From Takakia lepidozioides (Eukaryota; Plantae; Bryophyta): a stretch of DNA of 64,000 bases. The stretch's first letter is position 1. The number at the start of each line of letters is the position of its first letter. Made by a program: the position numbers and the translations under genes. Where the stretch lies: the NCBI GenBank assembly GCA_030704615.1, contig CM060732.1, positions 24,180,001 to 24,244,000 of the forward strand. The letters run 5' to 3'. Under the pieces are notes generated by a model. It did not search any database and was not told the DNA's origin. It saw nothing but the letters and a program-made list of their open reading frames with translations. Of this stretch, positions 12,531-23,700 are shown piece after piece.

Positions 12531-14289
12531 TATGCACTTGTAAAATGATTACAGCAAAGACTCAAGTTTTGAATGTTTGGCATGCTTGGCCTCTTTAAAA
12601 TGTCAGGAAAATGAAATGACCAAGGGATGCATGGGAGTCCTGTCCTCAGAGCGCCAGGATTTTCTGTCCAATTGTGCCCGTAGGAATATGAAAGGTAGTA
12701 AACGAGAAACCAGAAATGGTGACATGTCTATGTGCTTTGCCTCTATGTGGACTTCACAACGACGAGAACGTTTTTGATCAGCCAATGGAGGACTCAAACT
12801 ATATATACAAAATTCAATGTATATATACAATTGTGTAAAACACTCTTCTGTCTCCAGATTAGTTTTCTTGATGAGACAGTTAACATCGAGCATTAGACTA
12901 CGAGATGAGAACTATTCCAGCAAATACTCTTTTCTGAACTTGGGCTAGGACTCACAAATTTTAACATGATGTATGTCTATGTACACTGATGGGACGACAA
13001 CCATCGTTGCATATGCTGTTGCCTACACCAAGGCACTGACTTAGCACCCGACTTTATAGCAACAAGGGCAAAAGACGCATTTGAGACCGGGAAAAAAAAG
13101 CTTGAGTCCTGATCAACCCCCATTGGGATCTGTGCACAGTGATGCATCAGACATTGCCTTAGTAAAAATCGTGATTGAGAATTTAGATTCCCCAATCTAG
13201 TATGCGAGCAAATTACTCAAAAAAAGAATCATAGCACTATGAAGTGAAAAGCATTGACTATGATGTATGTTATTCAAAAGAGCCTGCAATACCTGCTATG
13301 TAATCAATTCAAGTTAATTGTGAACCATCAACCTCTGGTGCACTTGTCTAACCGACCAGGGTGGCACGATGGCTACCTACTACAGTTCTATGTGGAGGCA
13401 ATCCACAAACAGAAGACTACATGTCAGGGCTGACCACTTATCATGACCATGACTAGCCATGGGGGTTAAGGATCAACTACTGGATGCTAGTTTGTTCTTT
13501 GTTCAAAGAAGGACGAAGAGGAATTTGATCCCTTTAGATGTTCTAGGGGTATTCTACAAAGAGAAGGATTCTCTAAACATGTTTCGGAAGCACAATTAGT
13601 GAGGACAATTATTCTGTGACAACAACCTTGACTAGGAGGAACAAGATTTGGACAACCATACTCAAGCAATACCCAAACTAAGCATCTGCAGGCGGACAGG
13701 TACCTACGAAGTGGAGGCCGAAGATAGCCACTGCTCTTCACTCCATGGAAGACAATGGCTGGAAGAGCAGTAGACAGGCTGAAGCAAGGACTAAACTAAG
13801 GCATGAGAGGCACGTAGTAACGTCCACACCAACCACATCAAATAGTAAGCCCTTTGCGACCAAACAAACTCTCCTAGGCTATTGAAAAACAGTGGTTGGA
13901 CATGAAGCCATTCCATGACGCGCTGGAGGATTCAGTCACGTCACAGGTAGATTGGAAGAGAATTGGCATTGGGCCATCCGCTACCACGTAAAAACATGGT
14001 TGTTTCCATAGGAGTATACCAAGCAAGAAAGAAGAAGGTTATCCAATAAATAAGCCGTACACTTTGATTGAGATATCATTTAGAGGAGAGGAAAGCATCC
14101 AATAGATGGCCCCATGGTTAGGGCACAAAACTGCTTTACAAATAGGTGTATATTGGATGTCATCCAATATGTCCTACAAAGGTACACCCATAGAAAACGT
14201 CTGCCCCATAGGTTAGGTACCCCGTACCCTCCACATTTATATGATTAAAGAGACTCAGAAAAGAGCAACCAAGACCCACATACAAAAGT

Positions 14290-15077
14290 GGACCTAATCT
14301 AACGTACTCAACCTCAAGCTCTCCAACCACTTTTGGTAGACTAAAGCAGCCATTAACACAAAAATTAGACAAACTCTCCGCTTCCGCAACTCCCAATATA
14401 TTGGAAACCAGCACAAGCACATATTTTGGGCCCTCTCGCGACCCCTCTACTCGATATGTTCATCTAGCCCCTTGGCTCCAGACATTTGGCCTCATTCACT
14501 CGGTCACTGCACACACCCTGCCATACATGCGACCACCCGATCATTGTCCCACCATTAGTACTTTGCTAATGCTTCTCCCCACTGCCACTGCTCCTGCTAC
14601 TCCAGCCTCTAGCCTCTGCCCAGATATTCTACTAGTTTATGGTCTACACATTTCACCCTTCCCTCCTTTCGCGCCTACTAATGAGCTCACAGTCCGTTTT
14701 GTGGAATTCACCTACTGTCACGATCGTTACTCGGAACAAGCCATTCTCTCTACCAATCCTTGCCCTATAGCATTTGGGCTGATACGTAGGACCACTTACT
14801 ATCATCATGGTCGATATGCATGAAGGAATCTACACATAGAGGCTCGACTCTCTCCATACTGATCATATCTCCAAATGCTTAAGAAGACATCCATCTCACA
14901 ACCATTAGATCTCTCACAGCTCGTCACCAACAAACGAAAACACCAAAACAACCATTAACCCACCGGTTAGTACCATCACTCGCTATATATAACCTACCCG
15001 TAGTAGCCAGATATTATTGTTTTCTTTACGGAGCCCACTCCCGACAGAGGCCAGTAGCTGCAAGGTAAAGTGGCTCT
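14290..15077 (+). mobile_element. Degenerate 3' remnant of a restriction-like-endonuclease LINE (Dualen/RandI-like)
   Basis: Broken-frame peptides LSNHFW..IRQTLRFRNSQYIGNQHK and CPDILLVYG...VRFVEFTYCHD (PD..E-YC.D pattern). It is followed by a 3' motif (15030-15077) shared with the insert at 30694-30838. Confidence 0.65.
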
Positions 15078-18000
15078 TTGTGAGTTAATTTTTAGCGTCA
15101 AACTACATAGGCCATCTACAGCTCATAGTAAAACATGACATCCACGAAGGGGAAACTTGTTTTGAGGAATTGTTTAGCATCTTTATTTACTAATAAAAAT
15201 ACAATGTTTGGCTGTTCTAATCTATAGGTTTCATAGGTGAAACCTAATCAAACCAATACAGATATGTTATATGCACTGTCAAAATTGTATAGGTGGATAG
15301 TTGGGATTGGATCTGCTGCTAGGATGGAAAATATCTTATTTTCACATATGGTATTGAGGTTGGTTTCAAAAGTCTATAAGGTAGGTTGGGTCCAAAATAA
15401 AATGGTGTGCTAGGATATAATAATGGGGGAAATCAAACTTAAGTACTAGTATGTGATATGATTTGTTGTAAAAGGTCCGATAGGGTTGGCTCTTTGATAA
15501 TAGTGTTGATAATTGGTTTCATAACTAGCAAAACCGTGCATTTCATATCAACATTGGACTCTATATGTTTTCCCTTTGCAATGTGGTTATCGATAAATGA
15601 TTATACAAGACAATGTTTTAGAGCCAAGATCCAAAATAGATCTTTGCGCTTTGCAGTCTATGTTAAGACAAGAAGAAGAAATAAGCGTATTGCAAAAACA
15701 AACAAAATTTATGGCGTCATTTCACCCGAAATGGCTACTGTCTTTCACCGTGAACACCTTCAATGGTTGTAACCCGAACCTACCCCAATAACTTGAAATT
15801 AGTCCTTAAAGGTACCCACATATTAACAGCCAGTTCACCCCTTTTTATAGATGAGTTGGTCATAATGGGTGACAACAAACATAGACCAAAATCCAATACC
15901 ACTTGTAAGGCAACCTTGTGCCCTATCCACTATAAGGTCATATAAGGTCATATGGCAGATGTTCATCCTATTGTATAGTATATTTGTTTAGATCCATGAT
16001 GCAGTGGCATTTTGTGGACTTAGAGAAGAAGACACAAGAGACGCTCATGTATACGATGGAGGATATCAACATTTCACTGACAAATTCTCTTTGTAGGGAC
16101 ATATCTAGAGTGGAAGAGCAACATTGTTTGGAAGAAAACATTTCCTACGAAGTTTGAGAAAGAAAAAGACATCAAGAGGTTGCACGAGTTTGAGAATCAA
16201 TAAGGAAGAGGTTGTCATGAAGTGAGTTCTTTATAGATGAAACCCACATTATTTTTTCTTTTTTTGCCATGACATAAACATTAGAAAATTTGGAATGGTT
16301 GGTAGGACTTTTTCTTTTGTTAGTGCTGCAGTCGTTCTGCTGCTAGTATCTCTCTTCAATGTTGCAGCAAGATTATTGTGTTGAAATCAAAACTTTAAAA
16401 ATGGCTCAACGATGGTTAAGATAGCTTAATGACAATTTCTTGGGGTGGATTTTTTATTTTGGATATATATATATACACTTGACGTGATTGTTTAATAAAT
16501 ATTTTAGACTTTGTCCCTTAAAAAATAATTAAAATGACAAAAATCTTAAAACGAGTCAAGCTTGGCAAGTGGTTTGGTTTTCTATTTATTGCTCACTATC
16601 ATATCCAAAATCATATCCGACTAGTATCATCCCTCATTTCAATATCATAAATAAGCTCATTATATTTATTGTGGTTTGTTGCACTCTAGAATAATCCGGT
16701 ATTTGAAATCATTCAAGTTCCAATACTTGGACCTAATTGGTATGCCCAAAACCTATTAGCAGCCCAACATTGGTCTCTCCTTTCCTATCTTGATTCCATT
16801 CCTTATTTGTAGCCACCTCATTTTTTGTTCGGAATCGACCATTGCAATGGAGCTTATGAAGTTTCTATTATATCATTTTCGGGTTGGGCATCATTTTTCA
16901 GTGAATTGATTCCAAAACTCTAATGCCATGATATAATGTACAAAAGTTCACTTGCTTCGAAAATCCTCTCCGGATGTCAAAATGGGGGCAACATAGGTCT
17001 ATTAATGATAGAGAGACAGGACGGTGTGTACGTATTGCATGACAGAAGTTGGGGCATAAAAGAAGGCTGTCAACGCATGACAAATAGAAAGTCATGGGAA
17101 AATAGTGTGCGGTAACTGCACACTATCTTACAAGCCCATAAATGAGGTCTTATCAGCATCATATATGCGTCAGCAGTCATTCAAAAAGAGTACTCCATGT
17201 TAGCGCAGACCTTTGTAGCTATGCTGAGATTAGGGTTTATTTTAAGTTATTAATTAGAAATAATTAAGTAATTAATTTGACCATAGCCAACGTAAAGTAT
17301 CAATAGGTACAGATATCCGCACTATGTCGACAAGCCAAAAAGAAAATGAAAAAGAAATACAAAAACAAAACCTCGAAACAAAATCAAACCTCGTCTTATC
17401 ATACTAAGCCGCATGGTGTGCGTTGATGTACATTGTTTTTCCACTCTTTTACATCTATTTTAAAGCTAAAAATATATACAAAGTTAGTGGAAAAATAGTG
17501 TGCAGTGTGAGTCAACACATGTATGTTGTTTTATTATATTCTTCTTCTCATTTGAATCTAGAAAATACAACAGAGCATGGAAAAACAATCAAATGCATGC
17601 TTCAAGAGCAGCATTTTGGTGCTTTATTGCACTACACTCACAGGGTGTGGTACGGAAGAGTGGTGCTTCAAATGAACATTTCTGTTTTCGTGTATCATTA
17701 CTGAAAATTCTAGAGATATTTGTTGGAAGTTGGGTGTCTTTCCGCTTCAATTCACATCTGAACCCAAAAGTCCCACCCCTTATTAAGGATATCAACAATT
17801 ATGTGTCTTTACATATCTGACAAGAGGTGAATACATTCATTCTGGTGACAAAATGACATGGGGCAATTGTTGGCGGCCAGCCTGATGAAGATGACAGCGA
17901 CAAAAGGGCAAAACGTTCTTGTCAGGGCATATCAGTTAATTACGATTACATGACGACAAAGGACAAATTTTTCCTACAAATAATATTGAAGTTGGGATTG

Positions 18001-18502
18001 TATTCTAGGACATGATTGACTCTGCTTTGCCACATGCATTTTCCATAGTAAAGTCTTATTTTGTAGTGGTTGGACTACGATTGAGAACTTGTGGTGGCAG
18101 TAATATTTTCATGTTTCCTATCCAGTGTTTAGTGCCCGACCCAATTGTAGAGTTGTTAGTGGTGGGAGGAAAACCTAGTATATAGCCTTCACAGACAAGA
18201 ACTATTTTCAATCTTTCATGTCCACTTACATATAACATTCAACAAATTTAACTCCTGAAATGTTGCGTAGTGTGAAAATATGAGTGTGTAATGTAAATGG
18301 GATATTACTCCACAATCATTAATAACATAGCAAATTCAAATGAAGGTAGGGGCTAATAATGTCAAAACAAACATAGCTCTCATACATTACTCCTAAGACA
18401 TGGTGTGGTAGGGTTGTGTTTCAAAGTAGATCTCTTTCTCGTTCTTTCCTGAACAATGATTATTAAAGATCTGAATGGCTACATAAATATTGCGTTGTAT
18501 AT

Positions 18503-19295
18503 AGTTTCTAGGGATGATGCTTCCAAACCTCGTCTACCTAAAGAAAGTGCGCAACGTGTGATCCTAAGATATACACGTAAGCACTAGATAAGGCGTCTGT
18601 GTCGCGGCCCTTTGCCTTGAGGGCAGGGGTCGGGACACAAGAGGGGCTGCCCCTGTGGTGGGGGCAGTGGCAGCGATAGGTATGGGGGGGCTGAAGCACC
18701 CTTGAGTGCCCAAGGCACTCAAGGAGGCGGAGGCGCTCAATAGGTGGAGCCCCGCACACCGGGTTGCGGTGGGGGTGGCTCCACAAGGGGTGGTGGTAGC
18801 TTAGCGGGACTTAGTGAGGGTGGCATAGGACTCACCCTGGGGCGGAGGCCTCGTGGTGGGAGTCGTGGGGAGTCTTGGGACTCATCACGGTCCATAGGGG
18901 CCGTGGGATCTCCCATAGTTCCTTCTCTCGCAGAATTTGCTCAATTTTGAACGACCAAACTTGGTAGTTCTAAGCCCGATCAGCTTGTCACTATCACCGA
19001 AGGTAACCTTCGTAGCATCAAAAGAGGACGTCGTACAAGCCATCTTGACAAGCGGACGGAATAGATGAAGTCTTTAACTAAGATACTCATATCATAACTA
19101 AGTCAAGATTCCATGATTTCTCAAAGCTGAGCTCTGCTGCCATGTGGAAATTTTCAAATGTATAGATCTGCCATCTTTTCCCGACAGAGGGAAAAATTAA
19201 GTTTCTAGGGAGGATGCTTCCAAACCTCGTCTACCTAAAGAAGGTGCTAAGCGTGTGATCCTAAGATATAAACATAAGTACTGGATAAGACGTCT
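18503..19295 (+). repeat. Pair of ~96-bp direct repeats (18503-18598, 19200-19295) around a GC-rich interior
   Basis: agtttctaggga(t/g)gatgcttccaaacctcgtctacctaaagaa...cgtct occurs twice, with about 10 mismatches. Confidence 0.8.
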
Positions 19296-19640
19296 TCCTG
19301 ATTAGCTAGAAGACACACCGTAATCTAAGGATGGCGATCGTAGAGGGAATTAGTCACTGAGTTCAGGACGTATGTCAGCAAGATTAGCTCGAGAGCTATA
19401 AGCAGTGATGAAGAAAAGAGCCATGGAGATACGATTGATCTAGAAGATGAGCTCTAGACTAGGGAGTGTCAGAGAGTAAGAGGAAGATAAGGTATATACA
19501 TAGACCATGTGATATATCTTCTTCTCTATAAAGGTATTCAGTTCCTGAAAGCATAGTCTCTAGGATTAATGGAATAGTACGAGTAGTTTCATTACACATT
19601 GGTTGGATTTATTTTTCGGAGCGATTGGGGTGTTCATTAA

Positions 19641-20564
19641 CCCTTAAGGACCCACCATTGGGCAAATTACACACCCAAAAAATGACCTCTGACGAGGTAA
19701 GTTAAGCTACACACCTACCTAGTTAATTAAGAAAAAGAGGTGATCATTACTAGATTCACCTTGCCTACCATGTACATCCACTGAGCAAATTGCCGAGAAA
19801 TTCACCATATGACAAGAGAGTCAAAAGAGAAATTTTTATTTTTGGATTTTACAAAGTATGAAATGTCAGCTTTGACCAAGCTATTTGAATGACGGGTTGA
19901 TTTTTCTTGCTTCTGCCTCGATATAGAAATATGTATGTTATCCTAGCCAACTACTGTGAAAATTTGAAGCCAAACAACATTTGTTTTTATTAGGCTCCTT
20001 TGTATGGGTTTGACAGGGGGTCAAAATGACGTCCATAATGGCAATTCAAGGTGAGCCCAGTCCCAAAATTGACTCATTGATAATGAGATGTTTCATTCAA
20101 TCCCTCCTGCAAGGGTGTGGAATGCATTACGATATTGAGCCTGGGCAGAATTTACAAAAGTTATCACCCAGGAGTCCAACTCTGGGCCAATCATGTCTGG
20201 CCACCCAGACACTCAACTTTGCATGGCTCCTCTGGCATGATCCCTGCCTTTTCGAAAAAATCCACAGTTCAGAGAATTCAGTAGAATTGACTAGTTTCAA
20301 TGTTAGAAGGTGGGCCATGATGCTGTCAAGAGTTTAAATGCAGTTGGGACCATTAAGATCTGCATAAAAGTACATAGAAGATTCTACTTCGAGATCAGAG
20401 ACTCGAGTGAACTGGACTCCGGATGATGGGGCAGTGGGAAAAAAAAGCAGTCGACGAACTCTTCCCCTCAAACTTTTGGATTTTTCCTGCAAAAGTGCCC
20501 ACTACAAACCTATCCTGACAAAGAACACAAAGGTCGCAGCTGTGGTCTTCTGGGACCTTGAGGG
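19641..20564. mobile_element. Candidate non-autonomous piggyBac-like DNA transposon (924 bp)
   Basis: TTAA at 19637-19640 and 20565-20568 directly flank the inverted termini CCCTTAAGGACCCA / TGGGACCTTGAGGG (12/14 match, CCCT start). No transposase ORF inside. Confidence 0.62.
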
Positions 20565-20798
20565 TTAAATGATATTATTTCTATGGTCTCCTTGTTATCA
20601 ACACATGTTTCCGAATTGTGTTCTTCCCTTTCTGTACTAGCTGGGAACTTACTTACTCCCCTAGCCAAAAACATATATAACTTTTTGCCCAGAACCCTCA
20701 ATCCCAGCAAGCTAAGAGTGACAGTCATGATGGATGTATGGAGTAAAAACAAATGGCGAGGTGACAATGAGGCCTCTAGGTTTTTTTGGGGGACCACA

Positions 20799-23700
20799 TC
20801 ATCTCGGCCTGACACTTTCAAGCAGTGTCACCTCTTTGTTAATTTGCAAACTGGTAGCCGACATACTTGACAGAGGTGCATATTGCAGCTGCAAGAGCTC
20901 ATGCTTCCTGTATCGTAGTCGTTCATCTGACAGAAAGCCAGCCCAGAAACACAACCACCCAAAGAGAAGAATCAAATTTGTTTCATCTCACACTGTTGTA
21001 CAACATTTTCCAAACCAGATCTTCAATAGCGATTTGAGCTTTATGGAGCTGACTAACAAAGGAAATCCAAATATAACCGAGGACACAAAGTGTAGACGTG
21101 GATTTTCATCTTATGATCGACAACCACAACACCGATAGTTTTGGAGATAGGGATTTCACGGCTGATGAACATACCAAGTAGTGACGTAGGTCTACTGCTG
21201 CTGCCACCACTGCTATCACTGGAGCCTGCAGTAACTTTTCCCCTGCCCGCTGGTTTTCTCAAAGACTGGGTCTTCAAAGAGGAAACAGAGAACTCCCCAG
21301 GTTTCAATCTTGCACTCCCAGTAACTCTGAAATCGTGGAACTTTTTGGCGCCAACCACATCGGCAAACTCCTTACTGGCCACATTTTGGAGAGATTTGGG
21401 CGGCTTGCCAATGCTTACAAGGTTATAGTCATTCCATATTATCACTTGAGGGTGGGCTTTGCAGAAACTGAGCACCCATTCCTTTGAAAGCAGCCAGCAG
21501 TCTGAGAGATCAAACTCTTGCAAAAGAGGAGGGGTGCTGAACTGGCACAGACCTGTATCTGAAATCACTGCACCTTGAATTCCCAGGCAAAGAAGGTTGC
21601 TGAGTGATGAGAGTGGCTGTAGACATGCATCTGACAAGAAGTTGCTGTGAAGGTATAGATGCGTGAGCTGTTTGAGGCTTGCAAGATCCTCACAACCAAT
21701 GTCTGTGATACCTGTCCTCTCCAAGTCCAGTCTCCGCAGAGCCTGCAAATGCCGCAGGTGTAACAGCACTGAAGTTTGAACCCCCTCTCCTGCTTCAATT
21801 GCCGTAGTTCCTGTAAGCGTGCAGAACAAAACAATGACTTTCTGCCTGTCCTACACTCATGATCAAATATACAGTAAAGACTATGATAAGCAGGTCTCTT
21901 CTAAAGCAGAGAGAATGACGACACTGCTCGAGTTTTTGTAAATACGAGCCTGTTTCCCATGCAGACGTTGCCCCTTCAGGATGTGAGCTCTATCTTCCAT
22001 CTCTCTTGGGAGGAAACTAATTGTCTGCGGTAGAGCTGTTAATTGGTGGACCAATGAGATTAAACTCAAGATAGCTGAGAGACGAGCCCTCTATAAAGAG
22101 TGCTGCAATTTGAAAACCAACAGAGAATTGTGGGCGAGGTACTACCAGCTCCGTAAAGATATCAATCAGCTTGTGAGGTCTCAGAAGAAATTATACTGGG
22201 ACAAGTTATACAGTGAAATAAACTCAAACCACCATGGTGGTAATGACAAGAGATTCTGGTTGGCCCTTCAACGTTTGTACAAGCCGAAAAGCGGTCAGCA
22301 AGTACAAGTGCTGAAGACTACTAAAGGTGCAGTGGTGACTTCATCGGTTGACATTGTCAAAACCTTTGAAACCCACTACAGTATCCTTGGCAGAACTTCT
22401 AGGTCTAACAGTGAGGGGTCCTCTGATGAATGGAGGGACACAGTTGGAAAAACTGTTCCTATGATTCAAAACAGCCCTGATGAACTGGAGTATATTTCAA
22501 TGGCTTATAACGCTCGCCTTAGTTCTTCTGAGATTGTGGAAGCAATTGAACATTTAAACGGATATAAAGCTGGTGGACCTGATGGCATAGTCAACGAGCT
22601 TATCAAGCACGGTGGCGATCCCATGATAGAGGCCCTAGTTCTCCTCTTTAACCTTATCTGGAAGACTGAAATGATCCCCTTTCGCTGGCGACAGGGGGTC
22701 ATTGTCAATCTATACAAGAAGGGTGACAGAGAAGAACCAGGGAACTACCGTGGCATCACGCTCCTCAATGCTGTTGGCAAGACATTTTGCAGAGTTATAA
22801 GTACTCGTCTCGAGGTTGATCTGGAATCTAGAGGTTGTTTCCACGAAGGCCAAGCTGGCTTTCGGCAAAACAGGGGCTGTGTGGATCATATCTTCACTCT
22901 AAGCCAGATTATCCAGGGAAGGAAAAAAGAAGGGAAACCCACTTATGATTTTTTCCTGGATGTCAAAAAGGCTTATGACACAGTGTGGAGAGATGGCCTA
23001 TGCCTCCGCCTCTGGTCTTGTGGGATCAAGGGAAAGATGTGGAGAGTTGTCCACAACTTGTATGCTCACACCAAAAGCTGTGCCACTGTTAATGGACAGA
23101 AGTCCAACTTCTTTGACATAGACCAAGGTGTAGCTCAAGGATGTACTCTCTCCCCTCTGCTCTTCAAGGTTTTCATCAATCAACTCCTCGAGGATGTGGA
23201 AAGTGAGGTATTTGGGTTAAGGATGGGTGATACCACCATACCAGCCCTTATGTTTATGGATGACTTCGCAGGCATAGGGGAGACTCCAACCAATCTCCAG
23301 GAGTTGATTGATTGCGCGAAGAGATACTTTGATCTTTGGGGGCTAGAGGCTAACGTCAGCAAATTGCGCAGTGGTAGCATTCAACAACAGAGGAGAGGAG
23401 GAAGTGATCTTAAGTGGCAGTGGGGTAGCCAAGAGATCCCGGTCCTCCCTTCCTACACTTAACTGGGCGTTGAGTTTTCCTCCAATTGTAATTGGGATGC
23501 ACATATCCGGAAAGTTGTTCAACCTGGCAAGGGCAAAGCTCTGGGGCTCACTAAATTTTTCCACTGCAGAGGGGTCAACTCTGAGGTTAAGAAAACCATG
23601 ATTTGTCGCGTTATTAGACCTGCCTTGGAGTACGGATCTGCAATATGGGTTGATAACTCCAACCAGGCTAAGTCTCTAGAATCCATTCAAGTGGGGGTGC

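Noticed and set aside
15100-18500. AT-rich region possibly derived from a DNA transposon
   Set aside because: No TIR/TSD pair or transposase motif could be supported.
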